Below are positions 38,594 through 51,892 of a stretch of 64,000 nucleotides of DNA, piece after piece. The notes beneath the pieces were generated by a model, which had not been told where the DNA came from, did no database searches, and saw only the letters and a program-made list of their open reading frames with translations. The stretch covers positions 13,205,700 through 13,269,699 of the forward strand of contig CM119266.1 in the NCBI GenBank assembly GCA_051294375.1, in the 5' to 3' direction. A program made the position numbers and the translations under genes. The DNA comes from Paraspadella gotoi. Taxonomy: Eukaryota > Animalia > Chaetognatha. Numbering within the stretch: the stretch's first letter is position 1; each line of letters begins with the position of its first letter.

Positions 38594-40099
38594 TTTTTTT
38601 TCTCTCTCCCTTCTCTTTCTCTCTCTTTCATTCCTCTCTCTCTCCTCTCTCCTCGTCTCTGCTCTCTCTCTTTTCTTACTGACATTAGTCGAAAGAACTC
38701 AGCAATCGGGCTGATAGCTTACGCATTCTTATTCTCTCTCCTCGTCTATATCTTTACTCTCTCTCTTTCTTGTTCTCCTCTCTCTTTTTCTCTCTCTCTT
38801 CTTTTTCGTCTCGCCTGATTCCGCAACCTTTCTTAGTTAATTTATATAGAAAATAAAAATTCGATTTACATGCAAACTAGTCTACTTGCCACAGTCAGAT
38901 TTCTTTCTTAAAACGAAAAACCGCAAAAAACCGCAACAGGGAGGTTATGTCTCAGACACCACCCCAGCTATTGAATGCCTTATATGAAGCTTAAATTTCG
39001 ATGATCCTAAATATCCCGACAACTTAAAGCTGACTCCAAGGAAAATTCTGGGAGGCTCATTTTCATGCTCTAAACACTTTGCCAGCTAATGCCACTGTAT
39101 TGCAAACTTTCATTCTACAAATTAACTTAAGAAATAATATGTCAACAGGAAACCTATAGTCGATAGAGCTGTTCGACTTGACTTATTAAAAATATATAGT
39201 TTTCATAATAAAAATTAGTTTATTTCTGAGCGTATGATTAATGTTGTGGGTAACCAAACAGCAATCCAAAAAAATTCAATTTGCATCGCAAAGACTGCAT
39301 TTGAAAATAATAATTTCCGTACTAATGACAAAAAAACGAAATAACGTTTAATAGAAATGGCAAAGGAGTTTAAAGACACGATATTTGCAAAAAATCAATA
39401 GAAATTTGCTAAAGTGATGACATGGACTTTTCCACGGGTGTGGATTACACTGGGGGGGGAGTACGGGTAGAGACCCCCTTCGGTCGCCCCCCTCCGGCCG
39501 GTTTTCGGGAGCGCCGAAGATAAACGACATTCTCTATATTAACAAATGACTCTTCGCCGTCGTCCACCTTTTTTTTTTTCTTGAAGATGGACGGTCGACT
39601 GAGAATATCGGGCTAAAACCTTTTTTTGTCGGGGGGGGGAGAGAGGGGGGAGAAGAGAGGAGCTCGACGGCGAGAACCCAAAAAATCCCGGATATTAGTC
39701 TACTCGGTTGATTACTTATCATTTGTTATTATTGACGTTTTGGACGACGATTTCGGGGTAGGAATGTTTTTAGTGGTGGAAGTTGGAATGAATGAATGAA
39801 TGAAAAAAAAGAAAGAAAAAAGAGGAAAGAAAGAACAGAGAAGAAAGAAAGAAAGACAAGAGAAAGAAAGAAAAGAAAATTATTCAAGAACGGACGATAA
39901 AATTTCTTTCTTTTTGTTTTTTCATTCCTTTTTTTTGTTTTTTAAATTGAGGTGAAAAGCGCGGACTTAACATTCGACGGGAAGAAAAACATTTGATATC
40001 GCCCGGGAGGAGCGGAGAGGGCAAAATAGATCCCTCCTTTCTCTCTCTCTCTCTCTCTCTCGTCTCTCCTCCTCTCTCTCCTCTCTCTCTCTTCTCTCT

Positions 40100-40136
<37 letters not shown>

Positions 40137-41771
40137 CCATCTGAGAGATCTTATCTCCATGTCGATTAAAACTGATGAATTAATTGACTCCCAAAATCGC
40201 TGCTTAGCTTTTTTGTTTTTTCTGCCAGCTTCGAACGAGAACGAGTCATCAAAACCACAAAAGGGAAACGCTTCTTTTTCCGTCTCATTTGTTTTGTCCT
40301 CTTTAGTTATTTATTTTTTACCCTTATCTATGTTTAATGTTTTTAGTTTTTAGTACTTCAAACCAATGTTAAGCGAATGCGTTAAAACTTTAATATCTTT
40401 TCTTACAGAGACATCGATAAGACTCTGTTTATATATTCTTAAATCAGTTCATCATTTACATTCCTCTTTATGTCTTCTCCTCGTTCCTCCCTCCAAGACT
40501 TCGCGTTTCTTTTCTCATCCACGCTTGATCTATCTTCTCCGTGCGCCCAAAACAAAAACATAGATCCTCCGCAAAACCCGACCATTCATGCATTAGGCAC
40601 CCCCCTTCGCCCACCCGCGCACTTTTTCCATCGCCAGGGCATCTTTTAAACTAGTTTCTAAATACTATTTTTTATTTCATGCTTCTCTTTTCTTCTAAAT
40701 ATGTATACTTTACAGGCGTTGTAAATTTTAAATTAACTTTACTATTTAAATTTCTAACAAGTGGAGAAAACGAAAAACCCTTCGTAGTACTAGATGAACA
40801 TTTATGTAATAAAAAAATTTACTAATAAATTTTTCAATTTACGCAGTAGGCCATATTCTATACCTTCAGTACTCAAACCAATAAATGCTTAAAATTAGCA
40901 AACAGTCTTTTTCGTAAGACATTTGGCATATTTGGATCTCGTCATAAAAAAGTGCATTCAAAGAAATATAACTCTTTTTGCAAAAATTCCTTCCATGCGA
41001 TGCTGTGACGACTGACACATCTAAAGTGTGCCGTCAACACAATTACACAGAAAACCTGGAGTGAACACCAGATCCCCAGCTAATCCTCATTTAAGTCTGA
41101 AATAAGTTTTATATATTAAATAGTTTTTTAATTTTTCTAACCCCACTTAATGCAGAAGAATTTTTAAAAGATCGATATTATATTCTTTTATCAACTTTTG
41201 ACGAGAATTCAAATCTGCAATCAAAATTAACGAAAAGCCCCTATTTTGAAAATTCTCGACTTTTATAAGGATAAGTACATATTATATAAACTCATAGCCT
41301 ACTGCGACAAATTAAAAAAACATAAAATACTAATTCTATATGTGACTTCGACCTCGGTTGACCCCGTGAATAAATCATTCCTTGTCTTGTGTTTCGCTTA
41401 CTATTTTGTCGCCGAAATCTCTCCAACTCCTTGATCTTCATCTTTGTTCCCTCTCCTTTTTCCCCGAAGGATTTTCTTTTTCCCAGAACATCTCTTTCCC
41501 TCTAATGTTCGCCCTCACCCCTTCATAACGCCCCCAAGCCACCTCACCCCACGGGCCCTCAACCTCCCCCCCATCTGAATCCCCGTTTCCCGCTTCATTT
41601 CTATGCGCTTAACCGCGAACTGAACAGAACGATACAAGACGTCTCTTGTCAAAAGTTTTTTAACCTCATCTCTCCGTTCTCAGTTTGAGAAAATCCGTCA
41701 GATTTGTTCTCCCTTAATTTTCTCGAGGATCTTTTTTTTCCTTGAAGATTTTCCAGCGATCTACTTGAAGC

Positions 41772-41846
<75 letters not shown>

Positions 41847-42689
41847 AAGCGACGAGATTGCAGAATTGGTTTGAAGAGGCGTTTGACCCAATCCAATCGT
41901 TGATGGGATTTTTCCTTTAGAATGTTGACGGAGATGTTGAAGATGATTCTTCAATGGGATTTGATTAGAAGCGGGAATCGTTTATTCCCAGGGAACGACG
42001 TTGAAAAGTCTCAACTTCGGGAACATTAACTGTGTCAATTAAATAATATTGGTATTACGAAATGTTAACTTTATATTCAAGCATTCTTTTTTCTCTCTCA
42101 ATTCTCCTTTCGTTTCCTAATCCCATCCAAACAAGTCCAAACAAATCGTCTGGCTTAAAGTCTTCATAATAAATACCACTTTTTTCCCCCCATTTTTTTA
42201 AATAATATTTTCATTCCTTCCATCCTACCTTCTGTTCTTCTGTATTTATTGCTTTCTTGCCTGACTTTTCTTTTTATTAATTGAGTTATTCTTTACTTAA
42301 TTGTGGTTGTTTGTATCTTTTCTTCCTTTTATCTTTCTTCCTCATCATTATTAATAGTCTTCATCCACCCAAACCTTATCCCCCCACGACTTTCGCTCCC
42401 CTCACCACGACTCCTTCTCCACCCCACTCCCCTCCACCCCACTACCCGATTCGCCTCACGTTTCCGCTTTTTGTTTCCAGTTTTTTTGGTTTGTTTATTT
42501 TCGGTCGAAACGTCGGCCGACCCACGAATCTGACAAGAGAAAACAACAACAACAACAACAACGACAATATCGAAAATCCGAACGCGGGTCGACTCTTTGC
42601 CAAACGCGACATAAGGCGCCGATTTTCTTCTTTTTTGAAGGAAGAATTTCGAGCTGCGATATCCGATCCCAAAGAACGTGACAGAAATC

Positions 42690-42895
42690 GATCGTCGTCG
42701 CCGTCATCCTTGTCGTTGTCGTCGTAATCGCCGTCGTCCTCATTGTCGTTGTCGTCGTATTCGTCGTTGTCATCCTTGTTGTAATCCTAATCGTCGTCGT
42801 CATCATCGTCGTTGTCGTCGTAATCGTCTTCACTATTGTCATCACCGCTTTGTTAATGTCATCTTAGTTGTAGTTTTCATCGTCGTCGTCAACGA
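42690..42895 (-). repeat. Degenerate (GAC)n tract with higher-order units (Asp-rich or Thr-rich if translated)
   Basis: Minus strand gattacgacgacaacgac-type units recur about 4 times. The Asp frame contains a TAG, so coding status is unresolved. Confidence 0.7.
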
Positions 42896-44118
42896 AGCCC
42901 TGCCTTATTCATCATTGTCATGAGCTTTCTACATCCAGGCGTCCACCTTTCAGCTTTTCTATCGTCACGAATGAAATGTTTCAAGAAAAATTATTATGCC
43001 AAGTCATTTGACGTAATATTCAAAATGAGCAAACAAAGGATTCAAGTTAACAAACGGTAAAAAATGAACCTACAAACGCAAATAATGAATCGTCGGGTAT
43101 AATAATAACGACGACGACGACGACGACGACGACGACCAAGAAGGAAGGGACGAATTGTCGCCGAATTCATTCCGTCCCATTTGACAAATTCCTTTTGATC
43201 CGGTTTCCTATTTTTTTTGTCAGTCAAAGACAAACGAAGTCGATGTCTGACAAAACAAAAAAAAGACAAATGACAAATTTCGGTTTTTGACGCAAAAAAA
43301 AANNNNNNNNNNNNNNNNNNNNNNNNNTCCAACCCGCCCCCCCACCCCCGCCCCCCCATTTCTTCCCCGCGATTTTTGTCGGAATGGAATAAGAAAGATC
43401 GACCACAAAGATTCTTTTTTTTTTGGCGTCCAAAAAACCGGTATAATTTGTCATTTGTCTTTTTTTTTGTATATCTCTTCTGGTTGAAAGAGAGAAAGAG
43501 AAAAGGTTTTTATTGTTGCGGATGGGGTTAGGCCTTGGGGTGAGAGCGCGGATAAACCTCAATATGATTCTTGGGTTCTTCTATACGCGAAAAATGTAAC
43601 GACGCTTTATTGAGATCAACGTTGCCAAATGGGACTCTGCCAAAAAAATAGGGTGACTATCCAGATTCGAAAAAAAAAACTTTTTGTGTCCCGTATTTTC
43701 TATTTTTTCCTGCTCTGATTGTTTACGTATTCCGTTTCCGCTTGCGTAATGTAAATTCGCATCGATTCACTATTCACGATTTAAGATTCGCATTCCTTTT
43801 TCGGGTTAAAATTGTCATTTTAAAGAAGAAAGTCGCGGTTAGATCGCTAAATCACTCGCATACACGAAAATAGATTCGTTTTTTTTTCTCTTTTCATTTT
43901 ATAAATTTATTCCTTTTTATTTCATTGTCCGCCGAGACGCGAGAACGCACACAATAAAAAACTAAATTAAAAAAAGGTTAAAAGAAATATTTCTTTTCGG
44001 ATGTATGAAATTTGAACAGACATTTTATTTTTGGAGGCGGATTGTGGGAGTTTGAGTAAACAACTCTGTTAAAATTTAAAAAGTTTTGACGAGATCGAGA
44101 GGGAAACTTTACCAATTG

Positions 44119-44182
<64 letters not shown>

Positions 44183-44649
44183 CCCTTCAATTTGCCGACC
44201 GTCAGTCGCAAATTGGTTTTTTAATTGAGTCAACATTTTTTCGATCGAAATGTCCACAATCGAGCAACTTTCCAGATGTTCCCTCCATTGTCCCAGTTTT
44301 TTCTTTGTTTTTCTTTCTCATTTTTTTCATGCTTTGCTTTTCGCTTTTCTTTTTAAACTATCAGTACCAAACGCCGCCTTTTTTAAAACGGTGAATGAAT
44401 AAAAGAAACCAAAACGAATGTATAAAACAAAGGAATAACATTTAATTTCACCGTCTTTCCTTTGATATTATTTTGCGGTTCTGCTTGTGTCTTTGACTCC
44501 ACGATCTAAAATATTGCTGTACCAAATTCCTTTAGTTTAATAATAGAGACACAACAAGGTTTCCCCCGCCCGTGGTTCTCACACACACGCACACACACAC
44601 TAAAACAAGCCCACACCAAATAAAGTCCCCGGGTTCATTTGTTTACGAC

Positions 44650-45530
44650 CATCTAGGATTTTCCCGCCATTTTTTATTTCCCCGAAATTGCGGCACCATT
44701 TTTCAAAGTTTCCTTCGAAGCGCCATCCTTCAAAAACGCGGGCGAAGTTTCGCGGTGACGGTGGGGGGGTGGCCGCTCCGTTATAGGGTACGCCGCTGTG
44801 AAGATGGAGAGAGTGGAATGAAGTGAAACTATGTTGTATTAACGGTTACTATCATTTTTAAAAGCCAAAGTATGTTTCACGTACATATGACAATACACAT
44901 ATTAGATATTTCATATTTCATTGTCATCCATAAAAAGAATGAGGTTTTATTGTACTACATAATTAGAAACAATGTCTTGATTACTTAAATTCAATATTTA
45001 TTATTTTTCCGTTGTCATTTTACTTTTAATCTTTTAATACAATGTCTACTTTTAATCAATATATTTTTCCAGGGCGCCCTGTTTATTCTTAAATTCATAA
45101 ATAGGGAGTTAGTTATTAGGTTTAAAGATTAGATTAGTGGTTAGGGTTAGGTTTAGGGTTAGGGTTAGGATTAGGGTTAGGGTTAGGGATTAGGTTATGG
45201 TTAAGGTTAAGATTAAGGTTAGGATTTGAGTTTACGTTAGTTATTAGGGTTAGGGATTAATGTTTGTGAATTCAAATTTTTTCACCGCGAAATTAAAAAA
45301 AGGAGTCGAGAAACTTGATAAAGCGTGGGTGAGGTTTGGGTTTTGGTGAGTAAAGTGGATGGAAAAGTGTGAGTAAGAGGGGAAAAGAGTTTTGGTTTTG
45401 GCTGCTCGATTTCCATCCATTTCTCAGAAACAGAACCATTTTTTATTCCCGGGCCTAACCTTTGCGAACCTTTTGTTTCCGACGAAAAAATAAAGAGTGG
45501 AAATGGAGTGGAACTGAAACAAACGAGAGT

Positions 45531-45619
<89 letters not shown>

Positions 45620-46019
45620 TTTTAACAGAGAAAGGCGAACGCAAATTTAAAAACGAAGGCAGACAAACAAATCAGGTTCTCTTTCCAAAAAAAAAAAAGA
45701 CATAAGGTTTGGTAAACACCCAAACTGACGTGATGTATTCTATTGCAAACTTTTTTTTCCTCTCCGAAAAAATTTTCTGACGCGGCTAAAACAAAAGGAG
45801 TCTGGAATAAACAAAAAAAATAAACGTTGGGAAAATAAATAACAAAAGAATCGAATAATAAATATCTCGGGAACTTTTCTGCTGATTTCCCTTTCCTTTC
45901 TTCGTTCGTGCTTTGTCTCTTGGGATGGAGACGTTTTTGCTTCTTTAAAAATCTTGCATAAGCTGCTTGTAGACTGGAGAGGAGCAAGAGATGGGGAGAG
46001 AGTCAAAGAGATAGAAAAT

Positions 46020-46051
<32 letters not shown>

Positions 46052-46177
46052 AGAAGAAAGAAGAAAGAAGAAAGAAAGAAAGTGAGAGAGAGGAGAGAGA
46101 AAGAGAGAAAAAGGAATATGCTTAGTCTTATCTTAATATTAAAGCCTCTCTCTCTCTCTCTTCTCTCTCTCTCTCCT

Positions 46178-46231
<54 letters not shown>

Positions 46232-46775
46232 ACGCTCCTCTCTCACTCCTCTCTCCTCTCCCTCTCTTTCTCTCTCCTGAACCACCGCAATTCACGAACG
46301 AGTGACAAATTAATCGAGTCGACGAAAAATTCTAATTTTTTCTCGAGAGCGTCGATACGCGTCCGCCGCCGCGCCGACGCCTTGTAATTTGCGGGCGACC
46401 CACTTCCAAAGTTAAATTTGGCATCGTCTCGCAACTCCCACTTTTTCTTTAATTAAAAGCTTGTTTTTTTTTTCACCGGAATCGACAAAATTCTAACGCT
46501 AGCGCCATCTTCGCTTAAAATTTAATACCCGGCCGCGCTCGTCCTCCATGACGACCGTAATGTTGACACTACGTCTCCGTCGTCTTTTTTCGTCGTTATC
46601 ATCGTCGTCGTTGTTCATTCATCGCCTCGTCCTTACGACGAGACGTTTCTATCTCGCGACGATCCTGTGGCACGCCCTCCAAAGCTTCTCTTCGCCGTTC
46701 GTAAAAGTCGAAAGGGGAAGAGAGAGAAAGAGAGATAAAGAGAGAGAAAAGAGAGAGAAAGAGAGAGAGAGAGAT

Positions 46776-46851
<76 letters not shown>

Positions 46852-47007
46852 AAAGAGAGAGAGAGACGAGAGAGAGAGAAAGGGAAGGGTGGAAAGGAGA
46901 AAAGAATAATGAAAGTAAACCGCGACAGAAAGAGAGCAAGTAATTAGGAGAAAAGAGGGGGATTATCTGGAAGGGACAGAAGGGTCAGTAGGCGAACGTG
47001 AGAAGAG

Positions 47008-47078
<71 letters not shown>

Positions 47079-47386
47079 GAGAGAGCGCACCCCATAATCG
47101 CGTCAAGTCAAGATCTCGTAACAAAGCAAGATTCGCTCTCGAACTTTCATCATGTCGTTCCACGAGGCGAAATGGGCACGTGTCGTCAAAAGTGCACGCG
47201 GTTTGCGCGTGCGATTTCGGGAATGAAACATGATCCCGTGCTAACTTAAGAATTGAGCGGTTGGAAAAAAAAAGTAAATATGGACAAGTAGGTAGCACAA
47301 GCAGAGAGAACGTGATGTGATGTGGTAATGACTATGATATTTCTAAGGCACCTTATATTGCCGTCTTGATGACGACAGGAATCCAT
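44650..47386 (-). CDS. Tentative multi-exon gene: type II membrane protein with a GT-A-like (DUF1647/GT8-type) motif; 3' end not resolved
   Basis: Exons ~47386-47091 (M..RNIIVITTFTITFSLLVLTYLSIFTFF TM segment, reconstructed with duplicate 48385-48690), ~46689-46286 (..RIDALEKKLEFFVDSINLSLVREL), 45973-~45875 (LQAAYARFLKKQK), 45801-45730 (TPFVLAASENFFGE), 45513-45460 and 44795-44650 (GVPYNG..RVFEGWRFEGNFEKWCRNFG). AG/GT sites are mostly phase-consistent, but several indel corrections are needed. Confidence 0.5.
45116..45258 (+). repeat. Interstitial degenerate (TTAGGG)n tract
   Basis: ggttagggttaggtttagggttagggttaggattagggttagggttaggg with decaying flanks. Confidence 0.92.
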
Positions 47387-47578
47387 TTCAAATAACTTCA
47401 TTGATAGACGAAAAACCTCAAAAATTTCAGTATTAACGATTAAGTAGTTCATTAGAGTTGGTTTCCAATGACGACAAGTATTATACTCAATAACTTTAGT
47501 ATTGCAAATAAGATTGACGAACTCGATCTCATTTTATATGATAAAAAGTCTATNNNNNNNNNNNNNNNNNNNNNNNNN

Positions 47579-48071
47579 ACCGCAATTCACGAACGAGTGA
47601 CAAAATTATCGAGTCGACGAAAAATTCTAATTTTTCTCGAGAGCGTCGATACGCGCCGCCGCCGCGCCGACGCCTTGTAGTTTGCGGCGACCCACCTTCC
47701 AAAGTTAAATTTGGCATCGTCTCGCAACTTCCCACTTTTTCTTTTAATTAAAAGCTTGTTTTTTTTTCACCGGAAATCGACAAAATTCTAACGCTGAGCG
47801 CCATCTTCGCTTCAAATTTAATACCCGGCCGCGCTCGTCTCCATGACGACCGTAATGTTGACACTACGTTCTCGTCGTCTTTTTCGTCGTTATCATCGTC
47901 GTCGTTGTTCTCTCATCGCCTCGTCCTTACGACGCGACGTTTCTAATCTCGCGACGATCCTGTGGCCACGCCCTTCCAAAGCTTCTCTTCCGGTCGTAAA
48001 AGTCGAAAAGGGGAAGAGAGAGAAAGAGAGATAAAGAGAGAGAAAAGAGAGAGAAAGAGAGAGAGAGAGAT

Positions 48072-48147
<76 letters not shown>

Positions 48148-48303
48148 AAAGAGAGAGAGAGACGAGAGAGAGAGAAAGGGAAGGGTGGAAAGGAGAAAAG
48201 AATAATGAAAGTAAACCGCGACAGAAAGAGAGCAAGTAATTAGGAGAAAAGAGGGGGATTATCTGGAAGGGACAGAAGGGTCAGTAGGCGAACGTGAGAA
48301 GAG

Positions 48304-48374
<71 letters not shown>

Positions 48375-48863
48375 GAGAGAGCGCACCCATAATCGCGTCA
48401 ATGTCAAAGATCTCGTAACAAAGGCGAGATTCGCTTCTCGAACTTTCATCATGTCGTTCACACGAGGCGAAATGCACGTGTCGTCAAAAGTGCACGCGGT
48501 TTGCGCGTGCGATTTTCGGGAATGAAACATGATCCCGTGCGAGCTTAAGAATTTGAGGCGGTTGGAAAAAAAAAGTAAATATGGACAAGTAGGTTAGCAC
48601 AAGGCAGAGAGAACGTGATTGTGAATGTGGTAATGACTATGATATTTCTAGGCATCCTTATATTGCCGTCTTGATGACGACAGGAATCCATTCAAAATAA
48701 CTTCATTGATAAGACGAAAACCTCAAAAATTTCAGTATAAACGATTAAGTAGGTTCATTAGAGTTGGTTTCCATATGACGACAAGTATTATACTAAATTA
48801 ACTTTAGTATTGCAAATAAGATTGACGAACTCGATCTCATTTTATATTGAATAAAAAGTCTAT
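47579..48863. repeat. Direct duplicate of 46284-47553 across a 25-N gap (probable assembly redundancy)
   Basis: Starts accgcaattcacgaacgagtgaca and ends aaaaagtctat in both copies. Differences are mostly 1-nt indels. Confidence 0.95.
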
Positions 48864-48945
48864 CTCATATACAAATTAATACAATGGGTTTTCTTCGCTC
48901 GTACAAATGGAAAATAAGAAAACCGAACAGAGACAAAAGGGGAAC

Positions 48946-49005
<60 letters not shown>

Positions 49006-49959
49006 GGCTTTATCTTTTTTGATGAATCTGTTGCGGGAAGGCGTCCCTTCGAAGGCAGCCATTAGTCTCGGTCTCCCCTTCCAGTATAAAATTCATCTTC
49101 CTCTTCTCTGCGTTTTTCCTCTTAATAGTAATTTTTACTCAATTTTACATTTGTCTGTCTTATTAAGTTCATTCTTTGTGTTCGCGATTTAGTTTTTTAG
49201 TTCTTTTTTTATAAATGATAGTTATTATGTTCGTTATAGCCGCTCGGTTAAACGCAAGTTTGAACTTAGGATCCCTGAATCCTCATTCCTTAAACTTTTA
49301 AATAATAAATATTGTTTATAAGAGTTAACAAGTTGAAAACAATCTAAAGTGGATACCAACCTCCCCAGAGAACAAGCCTGTCCCACGGCTGAAAACGCGT
49401 TAGGGTTGGAAAAGTTTAAAGAGCCGAGTAAGGTCTTAAGTGAAACCATTAATCTAACTCACTTTGAGCAAAATGCTTTCGCGAGAGGGAGGAGGAAAAA
49501 AAATCTAACTTCTTTTTATATTCTTTCTTTTTTTTTTATTGTTTATGAACGGAAAGGAGAATAAAGGGGGAAATAGATGGAGGAGGGATGGAAGAGAGAC
49601 AGAGCGAATAAAAAGAAGAAGANNNNNNNNNNNNNNNNNNNNNNNNNATTTTGCCAAGGTAAAGTGGGAAAGGAATCTCGTCAATGATTTAATCGCTGAA
49701 TGGCGGGAAAAGCGAGGCTATAATTGACCACTTGGTTAAAAGAAAGAGGGGACGGGCCTGGCCAGAAAGAAAAGAAGAAAGGGAAAAGACGAGAGAGAGG
49801 GAGAGAGAGAGAGAAGAGAGAGAAGAGAGAGAGAGAAGGAGAGAGAGAGAGAGACACTAGTTTTGGGGCTGAGGGCCAAAAGAGTGTCATGTCCATGATT
49901 GAATAAGTTTGCGAAACCTGAAGAGGCCAGGAGAGGGCTAAATTCCGTCCTGAGCCAAA

Positions 49960-51715
49960 CCGAAAAAGCATCTCTCCTTCTGTCTCTCTCCTCCTTCATC
50001 TCTACTAGAATTGCGTCGAATCCTCGCCCTTCCCTCCAGCCACTCTCATCGCACCTCAACGCGCTTTTCACTCCCCTCTCGTCCGACTCACTCTTTCCTC
50101 CACTCGTCCTCTCCTTCTTGTTCCATCTCTCCTCGTTTCGCCATATCTCCGCCACTGCTCGCTCCAGTCTTCACCTCTCGCATCACCGTCACAATTCTCT
50201 TGTATACCTTATACCCAGTCTCTTCTGTTATCTCACTCCCATCCTCCTCTCCCACTCCATCCCACTCGTATATCTCGTCCTTCGACGACCTCTCGCCCCA
50301 CTTCGCCTCTCTACTCTCAATTCCTCACCCCCCTTCCTCGTCCTCTTCGCCCGTCCTAGCTCTCTCCTCGCTCCACTCCTCAACACGCCTCCATATCGCA
50401 CTCCAACACGCCACCTCACTATCCTCCATGCTCCTCCCTTCACTTCTCTTTACTCTCTCCCCGCAACAGTGCAGCACACTCGTCTTCCCTCTCCCTTTCC
50501 TCTCTCGATCTCACTCCAACTCCCTCCGGCTTCACAGCATTCCCTCAATTCCATCTTCACTCTCTTGCCCTTTCCCCCCTTATTTTCCGTTCCCACTTAT
50601 TTCTCCTTCATGCTCTCTCTCCGATACCTCGTGTCTCGTCATGTCCACTCTCTCTCTCTGATTTACTCTCGGCCACTCTCATTCCCATCGGCCACCGTAC
50701 TTCCCTCAGGTTACCTCCTCAGAACACTCTCTCACTTCCATCTCGCCATCACCCCAAACCCCCGTCGGCCCGATCCATCGCTCCAACACTAGCCTCATCA
50801 CATACACCCACGGCCAAGTTACTCCCCCACTCTGACTCTAGATTCTTCTCTCCATCTTGCTCCGAACGCACCACCTGCGTCCCCGTCCAGATCGCCTGCC
50901 CACACCCAGTCCCGTCCGGACTCCAATGGCTTCCTCGAGCCCCTCAATTCCTCCCGCCCAGCTTCCCTCGTCTCCTCCACTCCCGCCTATGTGTCCCCAC
51001 GAACATGCCTTCCCGTCACAATTTCTCCAGCGGACACCTTCTGCCTCCACCACATCGATCGTCACTTCCCCGCATCACGACACGCACTCCACTATCTCTC
51101 CTCAGAGAGTCACAGCCCAGTTTACCCCCCTATCCGGTCTCTCTTTCCCGGCTCCGTCGGGTTTCCTCCCTCAACCTCACCCGTCGAACCAGACCCCTCA
51201 TACGCCCTACATCGCTACCTCTCACCACTCCTCTACTCGCCTCCATCTCCTTCACCAGACACCCGATCCTAACCGCGACCATCTCTCCACATCCAGCACG
51301 ATCCCACCACCACGAGCTAGATCACCGCACGCCTCCGCCCTTCTTTTTTTTCCTTTCCTCTAGACTCACCCATCACCATTTCACACTCTCACGAACTCTT
51401 TCCTCCACAACCACACCTCTATCTCTCGGAGTCGCCTTCAGCCCAGGCCTCCCTCGCTGCGACCTCTTCCCACTCATCTCGAGCGCCACCTCTCCTCGCT
51501 CATCCCCACCCGCCGATCGATCATCGCCGTCCCTTCCTCAGTCCCAGGACCTCACAACAGCCGCACCCTTCGTCCCCACTCGTCCAATGCACTCACCTCT
51601 CTCTCCCTGGTTCCTCCTCACTCAACCCATCCACCGAGTCCTGCCCATCCGTCTCTCCCCTCGCAGTCCTCTCCGACAATCTTCACTCGTTGCTACCCGT
51701 CGCAGTCTCTATAGA
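49960..51715. other. Strongly C/T-skewed aperiodic tract, probably low-quality raw long-read sequence
   Basis: G-poor, no periodicity, no splice structure, begins ~300 bp after a 25-N gap. The long ORFs here arise from stop-codon depletion. Confidence 0.55.
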
Positions 51716-51790
51716 CCCTTTTCTTTTTTTTTTGGGTCGAACGAGGGGAAAAAAGAGAGAGCCGTTTTGTCAAATATCTGTTCTTCGTCT

Positions 51791-51892
51791 CCGATCGGCT
51801 GATTGGCTCCGTTTAAATCCGATCGGCTGATTGCCTCTTATTTATCTCATCGGCTGATCGGTCAAGTCTTCGGGGTCGATCCGCTCATCGGT
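51791..51892. promoter_or_regulatory. Four phased ATCGGCTGAT(T/C)G motifs (CCAAT-box-like) spaced 27-30 bp
   Basis: Cores at 51794, 51822, 51849 and 51879. The first contains CTGATTGG (reverse CCAATCAG). Confidence 0.4.

Noticed and set aside
49899-51802. Long ORFs of 297, 216, 168 and 265 aa
   Set aside because: They overlap in several frames within a G-poor C/T tract where stops are rare. There are no motifs, and the sequence is probably raw-read noise.
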